Shown here piece after piece: positions 1 to 10,175 of a stretch of DNA of 64,000 nucleotides (position 1 is the stretch's first letter; each line of letters begins with the position of its first letter). The stretch is from Candidatus Hydrogenedentota bacterium. Its GTDB lineage: Bacteria; Hydrogenedentota; Hydrogenedentia; Hydrogenedentales; SLHB01. The translations under genes were made by a program, and so were the position numbers. The stretch covers positions 480,001-544,000 of the forward strand of contig CAXXYE010000008.1 in assembly GCA_963674865.2 (NCBI GenBank), read 5' to 3'. The notes below the pieces were generated by a model. That model was not told the DNA's origin. It searched no databases and saw only the letters and a program-made list of their open reading frames with translations.

Positions 1-793
1 GTCCCTTCTCGATCATGTGAGGCTCGTGCTGTCCCGAGAGCCCGCCGAAGTAGTCTCCGCTGTATTCCCAGACAATGTTCCCGCTGCCACGATCTATGAG
101 ATAGATGGTGTCCAGCTGTCTCGGGCTGATCAACACATTGTCGGGCCTGAACCGTTCATCTCCGCCGTCGAAAAGGCGGTTTTCCGGGAGAGCCTGAACC
201 GTATTGATATGTGTCCAGTCGCACACCGTGCTGTTGTGAGGGCCGGGAGGCCATTCCGGAGACGCGAGAATTCGGCGGTGATTCAGATCCAAGTGTTCGT
301 AACTATGCCAAAGCCAGACTACTTCCCCTGTTCGATTCACCTCGATAATGGCGTCTCCGTAGATCGTCTCACCTTTCCAGGAAGGCTCTGCTAGCGTTTC
401 AAGATATGCCGTGGGCACCACTTCGCGGCATATTGTCAGTGTGCTGCCGTCCGGTTTTCGGAACACGTCGTGGTGCGGGCCCAGCAGGGCTTCATGCGGT
501 AGTTGGCCTTCCGGAACGTATTGCCAAACAAGCGTGCCGTGCCAGTCGTGTTCCTCGATGCCGCCGTTAGTGCTCATCATGCCGCCGCGTTGCACCAAGA
601 CGTTGCCGTTATCCAACAACCTTGCCCTGTCTACCGATGGCGCATCGGATCCGACATCAAAACGCCACTCATTTACGGAACGGCCGTTCATGTCAACCAG
701 TTTGACCAGGTTTCCCCGCCAGAGCATCGTATAGCCATTGCAGCATTTGTCTGTTTTGTATAGCGTCGTTCCGATCGGATAGACGGTTCTCAA
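1..793 (-). CDS. Arylsulfotransferase (ASST-family beta-propeller), 3' end runs off the window
   Basis: Not in the ORF track; manual translation from TTG at 793 (GAGAGGGG RBS upstream): LRTVYPIGTTLYKTDKCCNGYT...PHHDVFRKPDG...DWTHINTVQALPENR...NVLISPRQLDTIYLIDR...GQHEPHMI; HH/H-x-N/QH motifs typical of ASST; frame is open to the window edge. Confidence 0.8.
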   Translation of the reverse strand, partial: MRTVYPIGTTLYKTDKCCNGYTMLWRGNLVKLVDMNGRSVNEWRFDVGSDAPSVDRARLLDNGNVLVQRGGMMSTNGGIEEHDWHGTLVWQYVPEGQLPHEALLGPHHDVFRKPDGSTLTICREVVPTAYLETLAEPSWKGETIYGDAIIEVNRTGEVVWLWHSYEHLDLNHRRILASPEWPPGPHNSTVCDWTHINTVQALPENRLFDGGDERFRPDNVLISPRQLDTIYLIDRGSGNIVWEYSGDYFGGLSGQHEPHMIEKG

Positions 794-929
794 AAGACGC
801 CCCTCTCACTTCTTATTCGCTGACAGGAACCGGGCCGCCCATTCTCGCACTGGCTCGGCCGCTCTCCTGATGGACTCTGTGGACACCAGGTTGTCGCCGT
901 CTGCAAACTCGGACTGATCGAGTGGTTGC

Positions 930-2285
930 CTATTCAATATGCAGCGGCGTGTGGGGCGAATCCGGCATACCGGGCATTTCGGATTCCTTCAAGTACCTCT
1001 TCTCGTTCGGGGCACGGCAATCCGGGTGATTGATTCTCGCCCCTTTCGGTGCGGGTAGGTAGCCTCGCAGCACGGGATCATCCGTCTGGCGCATCCAATT
1101 GCTCAGGCGTTCACGCATGGCCTCCAGCATGACGGCATGGCCAGGTTCCGTGGCGAGGTTGTGCCGTTCGTTTGGGTCGAAGGCGAGGTCGTAAAGCTCC
1201 TCCTCTTGGAGTGTCTCCTCCGCCCAGCCGTTTTCGAGCCAGTACGTCTTTGTAAGTCCCTCATCGCAGTTGGCGAGCACAGGTCTGAGCCGCGCATCGA
1301 ATCGGCGGATGTACTTCCAGCGGTCGGTGCGCACGCAGCGCGTCGGTTCATAGCAAGCGTGGTAGTTGAGTTCCGCGAAGATCTCTTCCCTCACATGCTT
1401 CTCTTCGCCTCGCACAAGCGGCATGAGCGATACGCCTTCGAGCCAGTCGGGCCTGTCAATCTCCAGGAGGTCACAGAGGGTGGGGAAAACATCGATGTGA
1501 CTTACGAGGGCATCGCAGGCTTTGCCGCCAACGAATCCGCCCGGCCCCCGGACGATCAGCATCACGCCGATGCCGCCGTCGGTTAGCGAGCATTTCATTC
1601 TGGGGAACGCGATGCCGTGATCCGTCGTGCAGATAACCAGAGTGTTGTCAGCGAGGCCATTTCGTTCGAGTGCGTCCAGCACCGTTCCCATCTTCGTGTC
1701 GAGCACGCGCACGCAGGTCCTGAAGGAGGCCATATCGCGGCGTGTCTCGGGCGTGTCGGGAAAGAGGGCCGGTGGAAGGCAGCAGTTCGGATTGTCTTCG
1801 GGGGAAGGCTCCGGGTACACGCGGTGGGTCTGGCCGAAGCCGACGGAGAGGAAGAAGGGTTGCTGTGGCGCGTCGTCCAAGAAAGCACTCGCGCGCTCGT
1901 GGGCCACGTCCTTGTCGCCCAGGTATCCATCGTAGCCGATGGCGCGCCACGGCTCCTCGGCTTGGCGTTCCACGTGCTGTACGCCGGAGAGATAAGACAC
2001 GTATCCGGCGTTCCGGAGTGTGTGCACCATGTGGCGGCTCCGGTATGTCAGGCCGAATCCACGATGCGCCAGTCCCAGCATGCCGTTGTTGTGGGCGTTC
2101 TGCCCCGTCAGCAGGCAGGCCCGGCTTGGCGAGCACGTCGGGCCGCAGCAAAAGGCCCTGCGGAACAAGATGCCTTCTTCGGCAAGCTGCTGGAGCCGCG
2201 GCGTGGGCATGGCATGCCCGTAAGGCTGAATGTAGCGCCCTGTGTCATGAGAGTGCAGGTAAAGAATATTCGGCTTGATTGGCAA
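930..2285 (-). CDS. Formylglycine-dependent sulfatase (sulfamidase-like)
   Basis: KPNILYLHSHD start, CSPSRACLLTG signature, TTDHG, SHIDVFPT, EELYDL..DPNE..NLA. Confidence 0.92.
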   Translation of the reverse strand: MPIKPNILYLHSHDTGRYIQPYGHAMPTPRLQQLAEEGILFRRAFCCGPTCSPSRACLLTGQNAHNNGMLGLAHRGFGLTYRSRHMVHTLRNAGYVSYLSGVQHVERQAEEPWRAIGYDGYLGDKDVAHERASAFLDDAPQQPFFLSVGFGQTHRVYPEPSPEDNPNCCLPPALFPDTPETRRDMASFRTCVRVLDTKMGTVLDALERNGLADNTLVICTTDHGIAFPRMKCSLTDGGIGVMLIVRGPGGFVGGKACDALVSHIDVFPTLCDLLEIDRPDWLEGVSLMPLVRGEEKHVREEIFAELNYHACYEPTRCVRTDRWKYIRRFDARLRPVLANCDEGLTKTYWLENGWAEETLQEEELYDLAFDPNERHNLATEPGHAVMLEAMRERLSNWMRQTDDPVLRGYLPAPKGARINHPDCRAPNEKRYLKESEMPGMPDSPHTPLHIE

Positions 2286-2381
2286 GAGATCCTCCCTTCT
2301 GGCCGGTTACCGTCCCGTAGATGCCGTCCTGGCCGAAGTTCGCAGCCGTTTCATAGGAATTGGGTGGGCAGCCCGCCGGCT

Positions 2382-4535
2382 TCACTCGTGTTTTCTCCGG
2401 AGCGCGCGGCTGAAGGTTCGGGTGAGGTCCTTGCGAAGCTTGAGAAAGCTCTTGGGGTGGGCGGGCTTTCGGACGATAAGCCTGTTCAACCTCCGAGTGA
2501 GGCGCATGGGGGCGTTCACGGCCCACCCCGAAGCCTCGAGGAGCGCGCTGAGATTGCGCCTTCGTAACCTGAAGTGGGCTATGAGCACTGTCGGGATGAG
2601 GACGATTGCAAGGCCGACCAATACAGCGTAAAGCAGGTACCATTTGTTGATACCGGCCAGGGTCTTGGTCATGTAGGCGAAGGACGAACCGAGCGCCGCT
2701 ACCGCGACGCCGCCAGTCAACATCATGTCGCGCAGGCGGCCTGTGGACGGTGTGGCAGGAGCGGGAGAAGGCACGGCCGGGCTTTGCGGCGGGGGCGGCG
2801 TCGGTGACGTGGGCACCGGCGGCGCCGAGGCGATGACCTCCTTTGCGCCGGTTTCGAGGGCGGTGCTGGTTTGCGTGACCTGCGCCTGCAATTGCTGTTC
2901 GGCGCCCGTCGAAATACGTTCGGCGGTCGAGGTGACCAGGGCGCCGATGCGCCGGAAGGGGCCGGCGATGGCCTCGGCCATACTCACGGGATTCTCAACG
3001 ACCTTGATCACCCTGGCGTCGTATTCATGCTCTCTCGCATCGAAGAGGACCCCGCGCTTGCCCACGCCGACGGTGCGCACCCGGCCGCGTGTGACGGGAG
3101 TTACTATGTAGAAGGGTTCATGTCCTCCCCCACCGGTTACCTCGAGATAGAGCAGGTAGATGCCTGAGCGCGGCGAGAGGGCGCTGTGCGCGTTTACATC
3201 CGACACGCGCAGGTTCAGGTTGAAGATATGTCCGTCCATTACTAACCGGCCCGCCTCGAACATGGCGCGGCGCTCCGGCTCATAGAGGTACGGGAAACTC
3301 ACGAAGTTGTTGCATAAGTCCAGAAACCAACGCTGAAGCAAGATGAGGTACTCAATATCGTTCAGCGCGGCAAGATCCGCGCCCGCGGCCACATCCGCGT
3401 CAATCAGTGCGCGGAGGCGTTGGGGAAGATCCCCGGCCAGGTAGGCCTCCAACTTCTCAGGGCCAAGCACCTCCACTTGGCCGCCGGCCTTGGCCGCCAG
3501 CCACTCCTGGTAAGGCGCGAAGGCCTGTTTCACGACACGCCATTCGGATTCACGCAACTCCGAACCGGCCCATGAAGGGCCAAGACGCGGCCGGATCACG
3601 GTGTCGAGCAGCTCCACAAGGCGTTCCCGGTAGTGCGGATTGGCCTGTTCGTTCAGGGGCAGCGTCCCCGCTGCATTCGGCTTGGCGAGTGGCGCACCGG
3701 CCAGGTACTCCTCAGTTGTCTGCGCCGAGACGAACACCTCGGGCGGGCAGGGGGCCTCCTGGAAGTCGCGGTCGAGGATGGCGTTGAGCGCCATTATTCG
3801 GCATTGCTGGAAGAAGAGATTGATTGGCTCTGCCAGCGCCTCGTACGCCGCGTAACGCTCCGCGGTGCTCTCGCCAAAGGGGAAGAGAGCCTCCAGGTCG
3901 GCGTCGACTTCACACCGGCGGCGCCATTCGAGCAGCGCCCGTGCATGCTCGAGGAAGTCATCGAGATGGCCGTGGTCCACGCCGGGCTTGCCGTTGACGT
4001 CGTCCGCGGCGCCGACGGTGGCGATGATATCTTCCGCGAACGCCTTGACATCGGCATCGTTGATGCTGCCCGGGGGGATGACGCCATCGCCGTTTTGATT
4101 GCCTTTTGCGAAGATGGCTTGGCTGTTCCGGACCTGGGCGAGGGTAAGGTGGTCCCTGTCCTGTTGGCCAAGATTGCGGAGTATCCTTACCGCGGCTTCA
4201 TGGATTGCCCGTCCCTCATCGTGGCTCGTATCGAGCGCCTCGAGGGAGAGGACATCCTGTTGCTCGGTGATCCCCGTGCGGTCGCGTAGGACGTGCAGCA
4301 GCCAGCGGCAGGCCTCGCGGACCTCCCAACTCCGGATGCGGCCATTGTGGTCGAGGTCCACACGCCCTAGCAGGACCGGGTCCGAAGTGAGTTGCTCGAT
4401 GGGGGCGCTTGTAGCTACCCAGAAGGGCTCGTCGAGGCGGTCAAGCGCAGCGAGGTCTTCGGCGCTCCGAATACGCAACTGGTACGTGCCGCCGTAGTTC
4501 TCGAAGACAAAGTCGCGTTTGCGAAACCACGCCAT
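2382..4535 (-). CDS. Conserved hypothetical membrane-anchored protein with EF-hand-like loop
   Basis: 717-aa ORF; DLDHNGRIRSWE fits the 12-residue EF-hand loop; Pro-rich linker then two hydrophobic helices near the C-terminus. Confidence 0.7.
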   Translation of the reverse strand: MAWFRKRDFVFENYGGTYQLRIRSAEDLAALDRLDEPFWVATSAPIEQLTSDPVLLGRVDLDHNGRIRSWEVREACRWLLHVLRDRTGITEQQDVLSLEALDTSHDEGRAIHEAAVRILRNLGQQDRDHLTLAQVRNSQAIFAKGNQNGDGVIPPGSINDADVKAFAEDIIATVGAADDVNGKPGVDHGHLDDFLEHARALLEWRRRCEVDADLEALFPFGESTAERYAAYEALAEPINLFFQQCRIMALNAILDRDFQEAPCPPEVFVSAQTTEEYLAGAPLAKPNAAGTLPLNEQANPHYRERLVELLDTVIRPRLGPSWAGSELRESEWRVVKQAFAPYQEWLAAKAGGQVEVLGPEKLEAYLAGDLPQRLRALIDADVAAGADLAALNDIEYLILLQRWFLDLCNNFVSFPYLYEPERRAMFEAGRLVMDGHIFNLNLRVSDVNAHSALSPRSGIYLLYLEVTGGGGHEPFYIVTPVTRGRVRTVGVGKRGVLFDAREHEYDARVIKVVENPVSMAEAIAGPFRRIGALVTSTAERISTGAEQQLQAQVTQTSTALETGAKEVIASAPPVPTSPTPPPPQSPAVPSPAPATPSTGRLRDMMLTGGVAVAALGSSFAYMTKTLAGINKWYLLYAVLVGLAIVLIPTVLIAHFRLRRRNLSALLEASGWAVNAPMRLTRRLNRLIVRKPAHPKSFLKLRKDLTRTFSRALRRKHE

Positions 4536-4661
4536 CTATTGGCCCGCCTCTCTGTGGACAGCCACGCTGCGGGTTAATCCGGGGTCGGCCCCTCCGTTTC
4601 TATGCTACACGCCGGTCTCGCCGGCCGGCACGGCTTCAAAGCCGCGGTCGGGGCACCCGGA

Positions 4662-5948
4662 TTATCTCCTCTCGTGCAGAAGGTCGCAGATCGATAGGTA
4701 GCCGTTTCGTTTTGCCAGATCCTGTGGGAGCGTACCGTCGCGGTCCTCCGCCGTCGCGTCCGCCCCATGCTCGATCAGTGCTCTCGATACCTCAAGATTT
4801 CCCATAAAGGCGGCATGGTGAAGCGGGGTCCGCTCCTGTTCATCGGGAGCGTCTACATCCGCGCCTTGATCGATGAGCAACTGAGCCATTGCCGTCTGTT
4901 GGTTGAGGATGGCGATGCCGAGCGGCGTTCTACCGGCGCTTGTCACAGCATTGACGTCAACGCCCTGGTTGATCATTTCCTGCACGATGTCGGTGCGACC
5001 TAAGGCCGCCGCCATCGGTAGCGAGTCGACGGGCGCCCCGTTCATCGAGAAGAGCAAGACCACCTTCTGGAATCCCTCGTTGACGGCAATATCCAGCGGG
5101 CTGCGCCCCTCATTGTCGGGGAGGTTCATGTCTGCCCCTTGCTTGAGCAGGAGGCCGACCATCGCCGTGTTATTCTGCATGACGGCCTCATGAAGCGCCG
5201 TCCGCCCCGCGGCGTCTTTGGCGTTGACGTCGACTCCTTTGGCCAAAAGCAACTCGACGACATCCTGGAGTCGTTTGGTAACGGCCAAATGGAGCAGGGG
5301 CGTGCCGTGCTTATCCGTAGCGGACAGGTCCGCCCCGGTATTAATAAGCCGCATGGCCAATCCCGGATCGCGGCGCATGATCGCTGTGAGCACCGATGCT
5401 GGGCCGCTCTCCAGAGGCCCGGCATAGCCGTAGCCTGCGGGCGTGGACGTCTCGCCCGGAGCGGGCACAGTGGCGGGGAGTTCGGACGGGCCGGCCGCCT
5501 GTGTCGGAGGCGTGGTTCCGCCCGGCCCCTGCGCGGCTAAGGTGATCTCCGGCGCCTCAAATGCCTTGGCCGCTCTAGCGGCACATTCGGGCGATGAGCA
5601 CGTGGCGCTATTTCCCGAACGCCAGAAGCCTTGGGTTAGCGTGTAGTGATAGTCCACACCATAGAAAGTCGGCTCTCCCGCCTCGCCGGACTGTTTGGCG
5701 TACACGTGGATGGTTCCGGCCGCAGGCCCGATGAGCCCGTACTCCCTGGCGAAGTCGACCGTTGCGGTATACTCAATGTCCGTATCGGACGTCATGGCCT
5801 CATGTTCCCTGAGCTTTTCCTGCGCTATTGTGGCCAATTGCTCACGGAGAACCGACCCCTGCTTCTGCGCATAGAGGAAGAACGCCCCCACGCCGACGAG
5901 GATAATCACGACCACTCCGATATTCCGCCGCTTGCTGCTGGAACTCAT
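4662..5948 (-). CDS. Membrane-anchored ankyrin-repeat protein
   Basis: N-terminal TM helix, Pro/Thr/Ala linker, multiple GxTxLHxA...LL.xGADVN ankyrin repeats. Confidence 0.9.
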   Translation of the reverse strand: MSSSSKRRNIGVVVIILVGVGAFFLYAQKQGSVLREQLATIAQEKLREHEAMTSDTDIEYTATVDFAREYGLIGPAAGTIHVYAKQSGEAGEPTFYGVDYHYTLTQGFWRSGNSATCSSPECAARAAKAFEAPEITLAAQGPGGTTPPTQAAGPSELPATVPAPGETSTPAGYGYAGPLESGPASVLTAIMRRDPGLAMRLINTGADLSATDKHGTPLLHLAVTKRLQDVVELLLAKGVDVNAKDAAGRTALHEAVMQNNTAMVGLLLKQGADMNLPDNEGRSPLDIAVNEGFQKVVLLFSMNGAPVDSLPMAAALGRTDIVQEMINQGVDVNAVTSAGRTPLGIAILNQQTAMAQLLIDQGADVDAPDEQERTPLHHAAFMGNLEVSRALIEHGADATAEDRDGTLPQDLAKRNGYLSICDLLHERR

Positions 5949-6042
5949 CCTGCTGGACTCCTTCTATAGAGGCACCCGTCCCGTACTCCGGGTTCTCGGG
6001 TAGTAGCCACAACGTCTTGATACTACTGTTTTTCCGTCGATC

Positions 6043-6071
6043 CTTATAGTGAAACGGCTCGGGATTGTCAA
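6043..6071 (-). promoter_or_regulatory. Putative sigma70 promoter for the ankyrin gene
   Basis: Minus strand TTGACA-17 nt-TATAAG about 95 bp upstream of the start. Confidence 0.55.
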
Positions 6072-6282
6072 GAAAGCGTCGGTGGGAGCGTGGTCCTGCG
6101 CCCGTCGCGAAGGTGGACTACATTTCAATCGATGTAACGCGCATGTCCCGGCAGACAGCGTCCCAAGCGTGAGCGCGCCGTCTCTGCTGGTGGGGGTTGC
6201 TGGGTGCGCGATGGCGCGATCGCCGGGAGCCTAAGCCCCTTGCGCTCCGTTGTCGTGCTTCCAAGGTCCCGTAAGGAAGACG

Positions 6283-6939
6283 CTATTGGGCCGACTGCGC
6301 CCCTCGGGGCTTCACCCGCAAAGGGATAACGGCGGCCGTTAAGTCGTCGAACGTGACGTCTTCCAGCCACGTTTTCCGGAGTACTCCTTGTTGGTCGAAG
6401 ATGAATGTGGCCGGCAGGGCGCCGTCCCAGTCGATTTTGAGCGCCAAGGCCAGCCTCTCCGGCGAGCGCTCATCGATGATTCTAACGGGAAAGGGCAGAC
6501 CGTGTCTTGCGACGAACGGCTTCACATGTGAATCGATTGTGTCCGGGTGGTCGGCCGAGACACTCAGAAGCAATACGTCGGCGCCTTGGATTTCCTCATA
6601 GAACTTCACGAATTCCGGCATCTCCGCCACACACGGCGGGCACCAGGTGGCCCAGAAGTTCACCACCACAATCTTGCCGCGATGGGACGCCAGCACCTTT
6701 GCTAACTTGTCCGTGCTGACGACGGTGACTTCGGGAACCGCCGCGTGGGCGCCCTCAAACGTGGAGCTACCTTCCGCCGTCGAAATGAGCGGGCCGGCAT
6801 TTCCTGTCCCACCTGGACATCCCACCGTGGCAACGAGGATTAGAAGAGCCACGGGGAGGAGGCGCTCGGCGACGGTGCCCGTCGCCGAAGCGCTTCTCCG
6901 CTTTCCTTCCCCAGCATCACGGTCTTTCAGAGCAGACAT
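6283..6939 (-). CDS. TlpA/ResA-family thiol-disulfide oxidoreductase (probable lipoprotein)
   Basis: VVVNFWATWCPPCVAEMP motif, LPATFIFD; hydrophobic segment ending ATVGCP. Confidence 0.9.
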   Translation of the reverse strand: MSALKDRDAGEGKRRSASATGTVAERLLPVALLILVATVGCPGGTGNAGPLISTAEGSSTFEGAHAAVPEVTVVSTDKLAKVLASHRGKIVVVNFWATWCPPCVAEMPEFVKFYEEIQGADVLLLSVSADHPDTIDSHVKPFVARHGLPFPVRIIDERSPERLALALKIDWDGALPATFIFDQQGVLRKTWLEDVTFDDLTAAVIPLRVKPRGAQSAQ

Positions 6940-6957
6940 CAGTGACCTCCTGGGCTC

Positions 6958-7608
6958 CTACGTAGCGGAGGCCGTCGTTCGAGCAGGCGACGAGGGGACC
7001 CGTTTGATCCCGCAGCCCCATGCCTGCACTTCCGGAGCCGCCACCGGCTTGCCTGCCAAGAGGTCTTCCAATGCGTTGCGGACATAGTTGATATCACCGG
7101 TTTGGTCCGGTGCTTTCCGGTTGTCGTAAGCGCCGTGATAGGCCACCTTGCCGTCTTTGTCTACGATGAAGAACTCGGGCGTTCGGGATGCCCCGACCTC
7201 GTCGGCGTACTTGTTCTCCACGTCCTTCAACACGGGATAAGGGATGCCTTCCTTGGCCACATACGCCTTGAGCTCCTCAGGAGAGGTGCTCCGATTTGAG
7301 TCGATGGCGAAGAAAGCCACACCCTTCGCACTATATTCTTTCGCCAATGTCTTGAGGCCCTTGTCCGCTGCATGAGACCACGGACACTTCTGCGAACTGA
7401 AGATCAGAACGGCCGTTTTCCCTTTGACGGATGCCAAGCTGTGCGCCTTGCCATCGGTGTCATTCAACTGAAACAAAGGCATCTTCTTGCCCACGGACAC
7501 CTTTGGATTCTCGGCAGCTAAGACGGAACCGGCGACGACGGCGAGTAGTATGAGCAGGCCCAGCACCGTTGCGATGTCAAGGGCCGCCTTCCAGTCTGGT
7601 TGCCGCAT
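6958..7608 (-). CDS. Exported AhpC/TSA-like redoxin (thioredoxin fold)
   Basis: Signal peptide; F.L.DTDGK.HSL, KCPWS, TPEFF, GCGIK C-terminus; ATG at 7608 with AGGAG RBS. Confidence 0.85.
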   Translation of the reverse strand: MRQPDWKAALDIATVLGLLILLAVVAGSVLAAENPKVSVGKKMPLFQLNDTDGKAHSLASVKGKTAVLIFSSQKCPWSHAADKGLKTLAKEYSAKGVAFFAIDSNRSTSPEELKAYVAKEGIPYPVLKDVENKYADEVGASRTPEFFIVDKDGKVAYHGAYDNRKAPDQTGDINYVRNALEDLLAGKPVAAPEVQAWGCGIKRVPSSPARTTASAT

Positions 7609-7839
7609 GATTTGTCTCTCCTTTGGCTGACTCGGATTCAAGCCACTCTCTGTCCTTTCTGGAGAAACACATCGATTTCCCGCCCTATGCCCGGGGTGGC
7701 CTCATGACATGGCCGTGTTGAACAGGTTTCCTGGCTTCTGTTAGCGTTGTGCCCGGCGTAGAGATACACCCCTTCCATGCGATGGTGGACGCAACCGCCG
7801 TGTGCCGGCGAGTCCGGGAACCGTTCCGAGAGCAAGCTG

Positions 7840-10093
7840 ATGGCCAACGACCAGAGCGCTGTTAAGACGCGGAATGAATTCGGCACCTTCGCCGGAGTCT
7901 TCACGCCGTGCATCCTCACCATCCTCGGCGTTGTGCTCTTCATGCGTGCCAACTTCGTCCTCGGCCATGCAGGCATATTAAGCACTATTCTCATCCTGCT
8001 GATGGCCAAGTCGATAACCTTCTTGACAGCGCTCTCGACGAGCGCCATCGGCACGAACATGCAGGTGCGGGGAGGGGGGGCCTACTACCTCATCTCGCGC
8101 GTGCTCGGGCCCGAGTTCGGCGGGGCAATCGGCATCGTGCTCTTTCTGGCCCAGGCCATCTCGATACCTTTCTATGTTCTTGGCTTCACGGAGGCACTCG
8201 TCCAGACGTTCCCCGGGCTTGGGGCGCACCATCAGGCCATTGCCTTCGGCACCGCCGCCGCATTGCTGGTGGTTACTTTTGTCGGCGCCGGCTGGGCGAT
8301 TCGCGTGCAGTACGTGATCATGGCGAGCCTGGTTCTGTCCATTCTGGTATTCATGGCTGGGGGGGGTGAGGCATTTCACACTGGATACCTTCTTCGCCAA
8401 CTGGGGCTCGGCTTTCTCGAGCATTAGCGCGGATACGCCCGAGGCGGGGTCGTACACTTTCTGGGGCGTTTTCGCCATCTACTTCCCGGCTGTTACCGGC
8501 ATCATGGCGGGGATCAACATGTCCGGCGACCTGAAGGACCCCGCCCGCAGCATTCCCCGCGGCACCCTTGCCGCCATCGGCGTCGGCCTTATCGTGTATT
8601 TTGCGCAGATCCTTGTTTTTGCGGGCGCATTTGAGCGCGAAACGCTCATTTCACAGCCGTATCTTCTGCTAAAAGAAAACGCCCTGTTCGGCCTCGGGAT
8701 TCTGGTTGCCTTGGGCATGTTTGCCGCCACTTTGTCGAGCGGCCTCGGCAGCTTCATGGGCGCGCCACGTGTGCTGCAGGCCGTGGCGCGGGATGGCATT
8801 CTCCGGCCGCTGCGGCCGTTTGCGAAGGGAACTCAAAAAGGGGATGAGCCGCGCCGGGCCGTCTTGGCCGCCGGGCTACTGAGCTTCGTGGTGCTCTATT
8901 GGGCTGGGAGCGACCCGGAGGGCCAAGCTCTCAATATCGTGGCCCAAACCATCACCATGTTTTTCCTGTACACCTACGGCATGCTCAACATCGCCGCCTT
9001 CATCGAAACCGTCGGCGCCAACCCATCCTTCCGCCCTACGTTCAAGTACTACCACTGGAGTACCGCTCTTGCGGGAGGCTTGGGATGCATCGCCGTCGCC
9101 TTCGTGATCGCCCCGCTCGAGGCCTGTGTCGCCATTCTCTTGCTGGCCGGACTGGTATGGCATCTCAGCCGCCGCCAGTGGCGCGCTACCTTCGGCGACG
9201 CGCGGCGTGGATTTCTGTTTAAGACGGCCCGCGACAGTCTGCTCAGCCTCGCCCGTATGGAGGAGACGCCCAAGAATTGGCGGCCCACAAGCCTCGTGTT
9301 CTCCGGCCAGCCCGAAGCGCGCGAGCAACTCGTCGATTACGCTGTGTGGCTCGAGGCGGGGAGAGGGATTGCGTTCCTGGCGAATGTCCTCGTGGGGGAT
9401 CCGCAGGAGTACGCGAAGCACAGGAATACTGCCCGAAAGGCCCTCGACGAGTTCTGCCGTAAACGTAATATCGAGGCCTTTCCCGTCGTAGTCGTCGACA
9501 GAGAGCTTGAACACGGCATGGCGGCGATTCTGCAGAGCCTCGGCATCGGGCCCATCCGGCCCAACGTCGTTGTCTTCGGGTGGTCGGGTGATCAGGAACG
9601 CCTTAGCGCGTCGGTGCGCAGTCTGCGGTTGGCGGCGGATCTCGGCGCAAGTCTGGTTGTGGTTCAGGAAGGACAGCGCCCTTTCAAGTATGGGCGAAAA
9701 CGGGTTGACGTGTGGTGGCGTGGCATGAAGAACGGCGGACTGATGGTACTCCTCGCGCACCTACTGACACGCAACTGGGAGTGGAGTCGGACGGATGTCC
9801 GGCTGCTGCGCGTCATCGGAGACGAGGCCGGGCGCGCCGGCACCGCCGAAGACCTCCAAAAGCTCCTGGAGGAATCCCGAATTGAGGCTTCTGTGAAGGT
9901 GATCACATCCGGCCGGCCGTTCGCGGATGTCCTACATCAAGAGTCGTCCGACGCCGACTGCGTCTTCCTCGGCTTCGAGATCCCCGAGGAGGCCGATGCC
10001 GCCAATTGGCACCGGCGCTACCAGGACATGCTCCACGACATGCCCACCATCATCCTCGTCTCCTCTCAAGGTATCGAAGATATCCGCGCGTAG
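7840..10093 (+). CDS. Cation-chloride cotransporter (SLC12/amino-acid permease family); apparent +1 frameshift in G8 run at 8359-8366
   Basis: FGTFAGVFTP, GGGAYYLISRVLGPEFGGAIG, YFPAVTGIMAG.NMSGDL, KNWRP, DVWW; removing one G joins ORFs 7777-8427 and 8366-10093. Confidence 0.88.
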
Positions 10094-10107
10094 AGCTGCA
10101 CGTGCCC

Positions 10108-10136
10108 TTGACAGCGCTCGTGGTCCGCGCTATCGT
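10108..10136 (+). promoter_or_regulatory. Putative sigma70 promoter for the HD-GYP gene
   Basis: TTGACA-17 nt-TATCGT. Confidence 0.45.
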
Positions 10137-10175
10137 TTCATGTGTGAGGTGCTAAAATGTTTCGGGGCGAGGTGA

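Noticed and set aside
4575..4664. 9-bp inverted repeat TAATCCGGG/CCCGGATTA enclosing two small hairpins
   Set aside because: Single occurrence with no recognised riboswitch motif; GC-rich DNA forms such stems by chance.
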